A DNA stretch of 63,921 nt, the filler included, from Phoronis australis (lineage: Eukaryota > Animalia > Phoronida), in assembly GCA_002633005.1 (NCBI GenBank). It is 6 parts of 6 records of this genome, joined end to end, with 100 filler letters (N's around TTAATTAATTAA, not from the genome) between each part and the next. Parts side by side here need not be neighbours in the genome. Positions count along the whole stretch, not along the records: positions 48,333 to 54,813 come from NMRA01002156.1; positions 54,914 to 61,037 come from NMRA01002220.1; positions 61,138 to 63,921 come from NMRA01001955.1; 3 more parts are not named here. One strand, written 5' to 3'. This document shows, one piece after another, positions 48,333 to 61,149 of this stretch. The notes beneath the pieces were generated by a model, which searched no databases, was not told the DNA's origin, and saw only the letters and a list, made by a program, of their open reading frames with translations. The translations under genes and the position numbers were made by a program. Within the stretch, counting starts at the first letter, position 1. Each line of letters starts with the position of its first letter.

Positions 48333-51300
48333 AGGCGTCACGCCAACACTTGGCCGGATGGTGGCGCCACTCTGGTGATCTTGGCTCACATTATACCCAC
48401 TACTCACTGTCAGTTGTTGAAGAAAACTGCACGCAGAAGTCGAACAGTATCGCGTGCAGTGAAGTTGGTGTGATAACGTCGGACATAAGTGTCGGTAAAG
48501 TTAACAGCTATATCGTCGGGAATTTAAACTTGGAAAACGGAAAACAATATCGTTTAAGGGTTGCCATGTGCTTTCATTCAAAATGTCTGCCAGCAGTAAC
48601 TTCAAGTGGCGTTATCATTTACAACAGTATCGTTCAACCGACGACTGTCAAAGCTGTTGTTGCCAACGCAACCAAAGTGGGAGACAGCATGACGATCTTC
48701 ATACAAGCTGAGTGGACACCATTTTTAGTGACCGAGGGAACTCTTCAGAGCAAAGCGACTGAACATCAGTGGGCTGTGACGTCAGAGCCAGACGGTGTTG
48801 CTCCAATCACTCCTTGGACAAACGTATCCACTTCGTTCTCCAAGACCACAGTTAAGGTAAATAAAATGATTACTTCACGTTACCGGGATTTTCCGTAGAT
48901 AAGCCCACCCGATGAATAGCCCAGCCCATGCGCCTTTATTCGGCCTGAAAATTATGCCGAATAAACGCCCATGGGCGTTTATTTGGTGTTGCAACTTCTC
49001 GTGTCAAGTGTCCAGAGAGTGGAGCGTTTATTCGGAAAATGTTCTCTTAAAAGCTTAATTAGCGTCAACTTTTAGCCAAAAATTCAGCTTTTGGAGCATT
49101 TATCATTTGTAAAATCGATCAAAGTGTTGCCGAATTATGTGTTTATTGACATAAAATTTTCAAAAAACACTTTTAAGTAAAAACCAGTCAGGAAACCTCT
49201 AAATCTACGTGTATTCAGTCCATGTCAATGTTTTCACCCAGCTCGTCCTCCGAGTGACTCATTCCATCTCCGAGTCGATAAAGAGATCCACTGACTTGCG
49301 TCCATCTCTTGGATACCAGCGTTGTACCCCATATGTTCGCGAATCCGGGCGTTGAGGAATAAGGAGAGACCATTAGCTTATCAGCAGCTATGATGCAACA
49401 TTCAAACGCTCTGATTATGATGTCTTGCGGGATTTGCCGCATGGCTGAAGATACAAATTCTCATTAGATGGGCGGCGGCGATACCCTCTCGGGGTGTAAT
49501 CTTTCTCGCCGTTTCAAGCCAATACTGGTACTGATCTCGCAACCTCTAGCTTTGAACGGAGCGTTAACAGAAACATCAAGTGGCTGAAGGAAACCTGTCA
49601 TTCTGGCTGGAATTATCTTCTCTCCAGTATTCAATTTTTGAAACACTGCGGATACTGTTTCAGCCCAGTGGCTTCGATGTGCGTTCATAAGCAAAACGGA
49701 TTTGTCAGTGTTGAAAAAAGGACCTCGCCTCACCATTACTGCATGCCTGTATGTATTGCATCATAAGAGACTCGTTTATGCATTCCCTACATGGACTCCA
49801 GTGTTGTTAATGGGTACACTCTTGATCGATTAAGCATGAAAGCAGTCAAGGACGGACTTACCGTTGGGCACATACCAAGAGAGCTGGCTCAAATTTGCTA
49901 TTTTTTTACAATACTCAGTATTCAAGCCGACGTTCATAGAATTTCTGCTAAGCGACCTTGGGTGCGATCACCTTTTTCTCAAGGAGGTGTAGAAGTGGCA
50001 TGCATATTAATTTTCTTGTCCCGCTGCGCAGGTATTGCAACAACTGACGTTGTTAACAGGTATCATTATATTTACAACATTCCTTTTAAGGACTACCAAT
50101 CCACCGCGCTTCATACTGATATTTACGTAGCCAAAGTTATGACTTTCCGTTTACCCGCCCCTTTTTTGGTGTCTCTAAAATGCCCGAAAATTTTCATTTT
50201 CCGAATACACGCTCAGGGGCTTATCTACGGAAAACCCCGGTAAGTAAAAAAAAGGTTTTCACAAGCGTTTTGATCAAACTGTTTTGTTTCCTCGAAATGC
50301 AAAAATGCTAATGTTATGCAGGACTCTAGAAAAAACGACCAAATTTAGTCAACATTGTTTATCATACTGTATGTCATGAGCGACTGGTCGGACTCGTTTC
50401 ATATGAGATTGTCACATATCATGGTGTATGTCATGAGCGATTGGTCGGACTAGTTTCATATGAGACTGTCTCATTCCATGGTTTATGTCATGAGCGACTG
50501 GTCGGACTAGCTTCATAAGAAACTGTCACATAACATGGTTTATGTCCTGTTCTCCTAAACGCTGTGAGGAATTGTATTTCAAATGTTCCAACACGCCTAG
50601 AAATGCACTATGACTCTTGCCTCATCTCAAATTCCAACTGCTGGTGGTTTGGTAATTGACCCAATTATGTTGCACTCTTAGCAGAATTAATGAGGAACAT
50701 ATTTCAACATTATGCAAACGTTCAGGTTGTAAGTCACATTTGCTGTCCAACTTCCAAAATTCAAAAACCCAATCACGTGCGCGTTTCACGAGCTATTCAA
50801 ATAGGCTATTTACAAACTTTCAAAACGAAAATAATATCGTCCCCCGTTGTGGTCACGATAGCATCAGTAGCCTGAGGCGATTTAATTAACTACAACATCA
50901 TGGTGTTTTTGATCTGAACCGGCAGATTCTTTGGTGCGCAAACCGTTACTTTGCCAAATCTCTACCGGATAGGTTGTCAACGTAGGATACTTTTCATGAA
51001 TTTTACACGAGTGGTTATCCAAAATAGGATAACAAATAATAAAAAATGCGTAAAACGAATATGAAATGATAATTTAGAAAACTGCAATAGAGTTATGGAG
51101 ATTTTATCTTGAATACATACTGTTAACGAATTTTACGCGTGCTCTTAATACCTTAATCTAATGTGAATGAACCCTCTTCGCTAAATTTTCCTGAAAACAC
51201 GTGACCCAATTAATGGCAAACGGAAAATAAGACAAACATAAAATTCTACGGGCTTTCAATTTTTAGTATATTTATTTTTGCTGAGTTAAAATCTTAAATT

Positions 51301-54257
51301 TTTGAAGAAAACTATCTAAAATAATATCAGGAGGTATTGTACACGTTGCACCACACGTGCGCAGGCTGCGCATGTGGACCCATTACACTGATCACCTGGA
51401 ACCATTTTTGTGCTTTATGAATATATAGTTAAACAGACATTTGCCTAAATACACCGTTGTCAGTAAGGTCCTTCATAACACCGTAACTCTATAACAATCA
51501 TTGTAATAACATTACTATTTTACTTGAAATTGTATTATAGTATGTTTACTGTGTTGTAAATAAATAATAATTATAAACTTTATTTATAGAGGATGAAATA
51601 AAATAGATATAAAACATGCTTCAGTCAAAGGCTAATATAGAGCATGGTCCTGTACAGCAAAAATTAAATTAAATAAATTAAGATAGATAAATAGATTAAA
51701 TTAAATTACCTTAAAGTAAAGAGCATTTACAAATTGGACATACAAACTGAATTAAAAATAAACAAATAAATATTTTTTGATATTGTATACACATTGGAGT
51801 GACAAAAGGAGGGACAGCTATGACTAACACAGGTAACTAATGAGTTTGAGTCTGAAGTCATCATAACGGTCAGCCTTCTTCTATTTGGCAAGTTGTTCCA
51901 CTGTTGAATGGCCTGAATAAAGAAGGACTTAGAGTAAAACGAAGGTCTGTGTTTAGGCAAAACCAAATTGTTTGAGGTAGAAAATCTTGTCCTGATTTGG
52001 TTGCTATTTCGAACAAGTACAAGGTTATGGGATAAGTAAGTTGGTACATTATTGTGAAAACATACATCATATACAAACGCCAAAATATGAATAAAATATT
52101 TGTCAATAGGGAGCCACCCCAGTTTGTTAAACATATGAGTTGATGGAGTGTCAATAGGTACATATAGAACAAGTCTGGCCGCCTGCGTCTGAGCATTCAT
52201 TAGAGAGGAAAACAAATTTGCATTGCATCCTGACCACACTGTACTACAATAAACTAACAGAGGAAATATACAAGCACAGAAATATTGCAGAAGCCCTTCT
52301 GCGGAGAATACCAAGTTAAGACGCTGTCTAATTTTGGCCACAGTACCACTCATATGGCTAGACCAGCTAAGGGTCTTGTCTACAGTAACACCAATGAATT
52401 TTCACAAACACAATGTTTTTACGTACTGATTGATATGAAACGATAACCCAGTTGCAAAACCAAATTCATGTCCGTGTTACCTCGTTAACCTTCGTCAACA
52501 TAACGCAATTGCAATATTCTAAGCCAAACGAATATCGATTTATTTCTCGATCTACCGAAGTCAAGGCCATAATTTCTAAAAAAACACTATTTTACAGGTG
52601 TCTCACGAAATGCATCTGAAACACAGACCACTGAAGGCAATCTACTTCTCTGTGAAAGGATACAATCCTCTAAGAACATTCTCTATCGCATCGTCGCCTT
52701 TAACCTTTGAGATATCGGACAGTGGGATTGACGAGGGCCATTATATTTTCGATCTGCAAACCACGTTGGGTGTACGTGATTTAATAAATAGCGAGAAACT
52801 TGAAGAAAAGGCGCGTGTTCTCCACAAGTTGGACAAGGACTATATTAACGACACGAAGTCTGTTTCCGCTGCTATCACTGGTCTTCAATATCCATGGTAC
52901 ATTTGGTACATAACAGACACACCAGGGGCTGTCCACCACTACATTCAGTATTCGTATAATCTCACCGGTCATAAAGTAAACGGAACTAATGCAACTATGC
53001 CAATGCCTTTCGGTTGCGCCCACGGTATGAAAGAATGCATTGGCGACCAAATCCAGACTGTCAACAATTTTGTCACGTTCAGTGGCTTGAATTTACAACA
53101 CGGAAGAAAGTACTACACCTGTGTTCACAGCAATCAGACAGTAGTGACTCGAGAGAACTCAAAGGAGTTCCTTCCAGAATTGCGCATGTGCAGTAATGGC
53201 TATATAGTGGACACGAGCCCACCAAGTCGAGGATTTGTCGCTGTAGACACGTTGAGACAAGGGTACACGCNTACGGAATAGGTAAGTTCCAGTAACGAGT
53301 TGTGTTACTTTTTGGACAGAAAGGTTGACGAAGATGATACAATTTGTAAACTGAAACTTCGTGTTTTAAATACTAGTAATATTTTCAACTCTTTTAAGTT
53401 GGTGCCAATATTATTCATTGCTATGCTTGTAACTACAACATATTGTTTTAAGGAACAACGCCTGGCGCCGTGGACGTTCGAGAATTTGTTGACGTTGGTC
53501 AATCTCTGGCCACCACTGCAACAGGTCTTAACCTGGAATCTGGGAAGACGTACTATGTTTCTGTTAAAGGTAATGTCATTGCCACTGAGTAAGATTTGTC
53601 GATTTCAAACTTGGCCTCGCATCAGCTTGTCTTGACTCTATAAATGTGATGGTTACCTATTTTACAGCTATTGACCACGTGGGGTTATCAGCCACTGCAG
53701 TTTCACAAGGAATCTTTGTTGACACAACGCCCCCACAAGCCAACATTGTTCGGGTTGGGAGCTTAACTCGACATCAAACGGTGGTTCGATGCGACCAATT
53801 GGAGATACATTGGGAGGACTTTAGTGATCCCCACAGTGCTTTGATCACGTACAGGGTTGCTATAGGAGCTCACCCGCGCAGTCAGGACGTCGTACCTTTC
53901 AGCGAAGCTTCACATAATTTTGTCATCTTCCAGGATCTTCCTCTCGTAGAAGGTCACCACTACTACGCGCAAATACTTGTACGTATGTCAATTGTGTCTA
54001 TTTTTGTTGACTATACTTAGTGATTCAAGTGCACACATTTTCAAATTCATTGCGAGTTATACATGTACGTCTTTACATTGTGTTTTCTTGCTTTTCTGTT
54101 ATGCGCTTGGGCTTGTGTTCTCATGGCGCTGCTTTTCTGAAACTTTCAGGCCACAAATGTGGTGGGACTTTCTGCTGTAGGCAACTCTCCTGTTTTCACG
54201 TGTGATAAGTCTGGACCAGCCAAAGGTTATGTCTACGACGGACCCGACAGAAAACAA
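48333..54257 (+). CDS. Internal exons of a large uncharacterised protein with FN3-like/Ig-like beta-sandwich 'VDxTPP' repeats (partial at both ends)
   Basis: Exons <48333-48856, 52598-~53270 (broken by N at 53271; an exon end lies at 53281), 53453-53569, 53668-53978 and 54150-54257, with GT-AG sites. Recurrent motif 'W..F.D..S....Y...IG..PG..DV..F......L.L..G..YY..V.A.N..GL....S.G..VDTTPP..G.V.DG'. Confidence 0.85.
48883..50240 (-). mobile_element. Internally deleted pogo-family (Tc1/mariner) DNA transposon with DDE remnant and HIRAN-like cargo
   Basis: 26-bp inverted ends including the TA TSD, with 1 mismatch: taccgggattttccgtagataagccc (48881-48906) and gggcttatctacggaaaaccccggta (50217-50242). 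Minus-strand DDE_1 remnant 'VLLMNAHRSH..IIPARMTGFLQPLDVSVNAPFKA', 'GYRRRPS', 'IPQDIIIRAFECC' at 49215-49736. Confidence 0.9.
49791..50030 (+). pseudogene. HIRAN-like domain remnant inside the pogo element
   Basis: 'NGYTLDRLSMKAVKDGLTVGHIPRELAQICYFF....RSPFSQGGVEVACILIF' resembles the HIRAN signature N..D..A..V......GH(I/V)PR. Confidence 0.65.
50368..50547. repeat. ~57-bp tandem repeat, ~3 copies
   Basis: Unit tgtatgtcatgagcgactggtcggactagtttcatatgagactgtcacatatcatgg. Confidence 0.9.
51590..52400 (-). mobile_element. 5'-truncated L2/CR1-group LINE fragment in an intron
   Basis: 'FIGVTVDKTLSWSSH...IFPLLVYCSTVWSG...QTQAARLVL.....PSTHMFNKLGWLPI...FYSKSFFIQAIQQWNNLP' is the post-RT region of L2/CR1 ORF2. 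Confidence 0.85.
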
Positions 54258-54813
54258 GTGAGTTATGGGCAGGGCAGATGAGTTCAAATTGTATCTATTT
54301 ATTGCATTGTGTACCTTTTTCCTCGTTAGCCCAAATTTTGGAAAGACACACATGCTCTGAAACACTTAGCACTTCATCAGTTTTTATTAGCTCACGTTAA
54401 ACTCTGATTGGCTATTACCATGTCACGCATGTTTGTCAAAGCTATTGTCACGTAAGAGCACCTGGTGCTTGTCCAGAACATGTTGAACATTTAGGTAGTT
54501 GTATCGATGCAAGATATGTAGACTCCCGCAGTGTGCGTTCAGTGAAGGAGTCGCGACTATTACACAGGTAACATACATGTCACTGAATGAGTGTAGTTTA
54601 CCCGCCCAAACAGCAACATGTGTTGCCATCTAGCGTAGAGGCGGGAAATCATCTAAGAGAAAATGTTCATAAGGTGTTGAGAACTGACGTTCCTTATAAA
54701 TACACTACCGGGTAAATCTTCTTTACTTCAATTTACAAATGTCAACCACAACTAAGTCACTTTTTAAATTATGACTTTTTGTTTCAAAATTTTTTTAAAG
54801 TAAAGTAATGTCT

Positions 54814-54913
54814 NNNNNNNNNNNNNNNNNNNNNNNNNNNNNNNNNNNNNNNNNNNNTTAATTAATTAANNNNNNNNNNNNNNNNNNNNNNNNNNNNNNN
54901 NNNNNNNNNNNNN
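54814..54913. other. Artificial contig-joining linker
   Basis: N44-TTAATTAATTAA-N44. Confidence 0.97.
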
Positions 54914-57008
54914 TAATGAATACCATTGCTTCGTTTTCATTTTGTCATTTTTGTGTTCATCAAACGAGACTCTTGAGGTTCGCTTGTAAGCAAAATCAAC
55001 CAACAAACCCGACAAGTACAATGGTCATTCTTTTTCGCCGGGGATAGTTTGGCTTCTGTTATCTTTTCAGCTCCACATTCAACAGACTATCAAACTACCT
55101 GTTAGAAGATTTGCAACAAGATATTTTTTTGATATAAGCATTATTTTACCGTATTTTATTTAACATGTAAACTGAATAGTTTTCTGCAATTCAAATGAAA
55201 AGTTAAAGTCCTACTAACATGTGTATATTAAGTAACTTTCAAAGAATGACTCGTAATATTGCGTTCTTAAGTGTGTGTGTATGTATCTGCAATTGTTTCT
55301 GTAATAATTTATGCAATGTTTACCTCTTGTCCAGATGCCGTATTTTGTTAATCCGATTTCTGATATCTGTAGCATTTTGTACCCGTGAAATAAAATTTTG
55401 AAAAATGTAAATTTTGCCTTGTACAAGAATCCAATCCAAAATTCTGTGTAGCTGACAGCGCACATTGTACATGCCTATTGCCCTCTTTTGGCGGGCTGTC
55501 CAACTTTTTGTAGCCGACAACGTACATTGTACTTGCCTACTGCCCTCTCTTGGCGGATCGTCCAACTTTTTGATTTTTCCCGCCATCCCGCCACATCATT
55601 CAAATACCCGGCTTCCTGACACACGGCGAAATTGACTATTATTATCATATAATATTGAAATTTCCCACGCGACATAACTATGATAGGCTAATATTTCCCC
55701 TTCGATTGAAAAGAAAATACGGAAGGTTTCATGGATTTCGCAGCACACAAAATTTCCCATTCGACTAAAAGACAAAACAAAAAACGCCGTTGGGCACATT
55801 TTGGTATTTTGGTGTCAATAACGCTGTCGAGACGCTTTTGTGTGTTGTGGCGACCATTTCACCATGATTGCGTTTTGGCTTAGACCCAGATGTCTAACTT
55901 TTTATCCGAAATCCCGCTTTTCAATCCACTTGTCCCGTTTTTACATTCTCGAATGCTGACTGTCTGAGAACTTGGCAACAGGTGATCAAAATAACTTTGT
56001 CTATTTGTTCTGAGTTTTGTAATTAGTTTATTACGTTTTGGTAAATGTCACCGTCATCATTCCGCACCAAAGGTCCAGTTTATGTAAAAATACATAATTT
56101 TGGATGAATGTCTACTTAAATTCTTCACATCAAATATGAGGGATCTATTTTCTAAAATAATTGTCTTTATGTTTGAATCATAGGCATTATTTCCCTGCTA
56201 GTCATTTTGATAACCTCCCTGGTTCCGTTCTTTTATGATACTATTACATCCTGTTATTTTTCGCATTTTGGCAACACTCTTGGTTTTCAGAAATATTTTT
56301 TAAATTGACGAGTATGCGACATGATAATTATCAAGATTTGTCTTTTGCTTCTGTTATAATCTTGCACCATCATTGATATGATTCGTATGCAATTCGGTTG
56401 AAAAAACGGCGAAATTGCAAGAACCAAGTCAGGAACAACCGAATGTAAACAGCGAATGCTCCTAGTACATACTCAGACTGATGCTTTTTGTGGTGCACGT
56501 TTGTAAATGTCATGCGCTCTTTTATCATCGTGTGTATTGATTATGGCTCTAAATACATATTGAATCCGTATTGCGTAACTTTATTTTACGCCCGTTTACT
56601 CTTTTTATTGAATCAAATCCGTATAAAACAGAAACATTCTGTATAGGTTGACATGTATGATTGTCAGAACTCATAGTTCCGACTTTCCACTCGAAATGGA
56701 TACTAAGCACTCATCTAGGCTACCGTGTTCGCGAAGGAGGTCGTTTTTATTTCTCTGACAAATCTTGACTGTCACACCTTGTCACGTACAGTGGTTTCAG
56801 TTTTTGAAAGCCAGCCCTTAACAATGGCAGATCTAAGATTTCAGTAAGGGGGGTTTAGGATTCGAAAGAATCCGTGGCGCGTAGCGCCGAGGAGAAGGAA
56901 GGTCGCGAGAGGGTTTCCCTCCTCCCGTGTAAGATTTTTGGGGATTTTTAGTAGCTAATTTCGTTTTTCTGGCGATATTTTTTCCAGTTTTTATTTTTGA
57001 TCCTGTCN

Positions 57009-59117
57009 CCGAGCCGAGAAAACGAGGCAAAAGTCCACCAAAAGGCGCGAATGTACAATTCATAATTCTGAACGTGTTACCCCGTTCTTTTTTAGTCCCC
57101 TGTATTTTTGTTAGTAAAAATGTCTATATATTTTAGACCGGGTCGCGCGCATCGTCACTCATGCCACCGTTGGTCGGAAAATATTTAAGTCTACTGAGTG
57201 AGAGGCGCTAAAAATGGAGCAAGGAGGAGAAATATATGCGTCTGCGAGAGAAGAGTTCCAGTGCGGTCAAGCCCTAGGAAATTATAGTAGCCTAGAGGGT
57301 GGAGTTGAAAGAATGTCTCGCGGAGCCTGAGAACTGAATCTCTCACTGGCAAAATCATGTAGGACTTATACATGTACGTATTCTCATTGATGATGCACGG
57401 CGGTATCTCACCTAATCTCGCGAGATCGTGCTTTTCTAGCGCACCACCAAGTTTTATTGAACATATCAGCTGAGTAACAAAGACTCAAATACGCAGAAAT
57501 TTTCCATGTAAACAGGCTCTCGGTGGCCGTCTTAACACGAAACCTTTTGCGACGCTTTTGAGTTGACCGAGAGATGTCCTCAGATGCAATCGCCTCGATT
57601 TGAGACCAACATGTCTGCGCCCTTGGTTTGACACATTTCTATTACGCTCATAGCTTTTGTAGAAGAATGGGGAAACGTAAAGAAAATAAAAGGCAAACTG
57701 TAGAACAAGGTAAGATAAAATCATTAATAAAGTGCAAAAAAACTTCGTATGTTTTATCATTTTCCAGGAGTGGTCACTCTCGAGCTTCGGTAGACAGTTA
57801 TCGCCGTCTTTAGCTAGCCCAGTACACAGCCATCCTCAGCTTCTGTCCTGGTCGTCCCCAATACACTACATATATATACTGGGGAACCCAATGTTCGTCC
57901 GCCTAAGCATAAAACCGACTTGCTGTTGTACTCACCGAATTATTCCACTTCAAAGTTATGATCTGAATAGCATTCGATTTAACTCTCACAGATATACCGC
58001 ATTCATCGATTCGGAAGATTTCTTTAATTTGTGCCGAGTTATTTCAAATGTGCACTGCCTTCGGCAGCCATTTTATTGTGACACCTAAGTTCGTCNGGCC
58101 GGGGTGCCGTCGTTGCCGACAATGTCAACGTGGCGGTAAACTTATACATGCGCTCACTCAGCCCGGGGGGCTCGGGGGGCTCGAAGGCGCCCCCGTTGGC
58201 AACTAAGTATGAGGCCAGAAGGACGCCTCAGAGAAACAAAAAGTCCGAGCCGAGAAAACGAGGCAAAAGCCCACCAAAAGGCGCGAATGTACAATTCATA
58301 ATTCTGAACGTGTTACCCCGTTCTTTTTTAGTCCCCTGTATTTTTGTTAGTAAAAATGTCTATATATTTTAGACCGGGTTGCGCGCATCGTCACTCATGC
58401 CACCGTTGGTCGGAAAATATTTAAGTCTACTGAGTGAGAGGCGCTAAAAATGGAGCAGGGAGGAGAAATATATGCGTCTGCGAGAGAAGAGTTCCAGTGC
58501 GGTCAAGCCCTAGGAAATTATAGTAGCCTAGAGGGTGGAGTTGAAAGAATGTCTCGCGGAGCCTGGAACTGAATCTCTCACTGGCAAAATCATGTAGGCC
58601 TTATACATGTACGTACTCTCATTGATGATGCACGGCGGTATCTCACCTAATCTCGCGAGATCGTGCTTTTCTAGCGCACCACCAAGTTTTATTGAACATA
58701 TCAGCTGAGTAACAAAGACTCAAATACCCCGCAGAAATTTTCCATGTAAACAGGCTCTCGATGGCCGTCTTAACACGAAACCTTTTGCGACGCTTTTGAG
58801 TTGACCGAGAGATGTCCTCAGATGCAATCGCCTCGATTTGAGACCAACATGTCTGCGCCCTTGGTTTGACACATTTCTATTACGCTCATAGCTTTTGTAG
58901 AAGAATGGGGAAACGTAAAGAAAATAAAAGGCAAACTGTAGAACAAGGTAAGATAAAATCATTAATAAAGTGCAAAAAAACTTCGTATGTTTTATCAGTT
59001 TCCAGGAGTGGTCACTCTCGAGCTTCGGTAGACAGTTATCGCCGTCTTTAGCTAGCCCAGTCCACAGCCATCCTCAGCTTCTGTCCTGGTCGTCCCCAAT
59101 ACACTACATATATATAT
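57009..59117. repeat. ~870-bp near-identical direct duplication
   Basis: 57009-57878 matches 58245-59117 with a few SNPs and indels. Single Ns at 57008 and 58096 suggest two haplotigs stitched in tandem. Confidence 0.85.
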
Positions 59118-60727
59118 AATAGTATTATATGTAGTGTATTGGGGACGATCAGAAGCTGAGGACACCTGTGGCCCAGTCTAGTGCATTACTGCAGTAGAGA
59201 CGGTGATCACTGTCTAGAACTTTGGAAGCGGGAAGACTGAGTCAGAAATTTCACGTATTGTCCGCAGGCGTCCTTAGTAGCTTCTGATCGTGATCAATAC
59301 ACTTTATGTAATACTAAAAGGTCTGACACTCGGGATAGGAGTGCTTCACTTCAGCTGTCCTTATCTCAATAAATTTACACAAAACAGGGATTCAACAAAC
59401 TTAGTCTTAGACAGTGACCACCGTCTCGTCTCTAGCTGGAGGTAAGTGTTCATTTACAATATGACAACATTGGCCTACACACATGATTTTGGTATCTTTA
59501 GATTCCTCGCAACTTTATCTTTCTAAAAATTTATGAATGTGTCCCCTACTGCGTTTCTTCCGTATTTTATCGTAGAATTTCAGTTTGCACTACTTCCCGA
59601 TTGCCACTGTCATGAGTGTCATGTTTGCTCAACTCAAGAGTGCAGTGACACCTGTTGTTAATGAATGAAACAGCATCATCGAATCTGAGTGGTGTTTGTC
59701 CGCGCGAGATTCCTAATAAAGTTTTCCTGACAATATAGAGGAACAAGTAGCAGCCTTTTCCATTTTTTTAGAATTTTGACCATTTTTCCACAAAATTGTC
59801 TGAAGTGATTCACTTTTGACCAATTTGGACCTCAAAAACAACCTCCACTTTTTTCGCGGATTCTTACTAGCAGGGTCTGTAACTCAGGCAGGGGATAGAC
59901 AGGTCTCGGTCAATTTGAACTTTTGAAAAGCCACGATCTGTAGAAGTCGGTAGATTAGTTCAGTTTTTGACCGCCAGGTGACTCCTTACATTCAATATGG
60001 TGGTATTACTATCGAGTACTGGGAAATAACTTGCGAGCAGAAATTTCACGATAAAATACTAAAGGAACGGAGTAGGAAAAAATTCTGTGTATTTTGGGAA
60101 AGATAACGTTGCAAGGAATCCAATGATACCAAAATCATATGTGTAAGTCAATGTCGTGGTATTATAAACAATTACCTAGAGAGTGGCCTCCATCTGTAGC
60201 TGGCTAAATAGTGTAGCTCCTATAGACGCTTCATACGCCAAAAGGTTTTTGACGAATTATGCCTCACAGTCACGGTCACAGTCACACTGGTTAAACTATC
60301 AAAGTTATGTTGTTATAAGTACCTATTGTGGATAGAGGTACACCTTAGGAGTCTGTCGATGTCTTTAAATTCCTTCTGACTCAAACTAATACTCCTGTAA
60401 TCAAACTTTTTCTTTGAACAGTCTTTCGTTCAGATGTCATATCTCCTGGTGTGCACAGTGTTAAGAATGGCCAGTTGCCAATTTGGCTACTGAACGAAGG
60501 ACTGCTCGAAAAAAGTTTGATTACAGGAGTATTTGTTCGAGTTGGATGGAATTAAAGACATTGACGCCCCCTAAGGTGTTCCTCTATGTGCAAAAAGGTA
60601 CTTATATAACAATATGACTTTCGTGTTTTAATCAGTTTTGCATAATTCGCCAAAAAGCTTCTGACAGATGAACGCCTATAGGAGCTTCACTATCTCTAGT
60701 CCAACTAGAGACGGTGGTCACTGCCTA
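59029..60727. mobile_element. Cluster of three foldback/MITE modules sharing terminal motif TAGACAGTGACCACCGTCTCTAGCTGG
   Basis: Motif forward at 59029, 59408 and 60177; reverse at 59195-59216 and 60701-60727. Internal palindromes at 59062-59170, 59440-60176 and 60205-60700. Confidence 0.75.
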
Positions 60728-60924
60728 CTACAAACCCTGAGCAATAATTGTTCTTTTTCCTGATAGCATTTACAGTGTCCTGCTTCAGTGAGTTCGCAAC
60801 AAATTCACAACAAAAACATAAAAGTCTTTGTCGCAACTCTAGTAAAAGGGTCATTTAACACCGTTTCCTTTTAAATCTGTGATTGTGATGGGTAATTATT
60901 CGGTTTTCAATTATTTTATGTTAT

Positions 60925-61037
60925 GTCAGTGTTCATACCTTGATAGTCTATACTTGTTATCCTTTGCCAGTGTTCATACCTTGTCTAGATCATACTAGTT
61001 ATCCTTTGACAGTGTTCATACCTTGTCTAGATACTAG
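60925..61037. repeat. ~40-bp tandem repeat at contig end
   Basis: Unit cagtgttcataccttgtctagatcatactagttatcctttg, ~2.7 copies. Confidence 0.85.
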
Positions 61038-61137
61038 NNNNNNNNNNNNNNNNNNNNNNNNNNNNNNNNNNNNNNNNNNNNTTAATTAATTAANNNNNNN
61101 NNNNNNNNNNNNNNNNNNNNNNNNNNNNNNNNNNNNN
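61038..61137. other. Artificial contig-joining linker
   Basis: N44-TTAATTAATTAA-N44. Confidence 0.97.
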
Positions 61138-61149
61138 ATAATTGAAAAC

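Noticed and set aside
57009-59117. Direct repeats as LTRs of a retrotransposon
   Set aside because: No TG...CA ends, PBS, PPT or internal gag/pol; boundaries coincide with single Ns, suggesting haplotig duplication.
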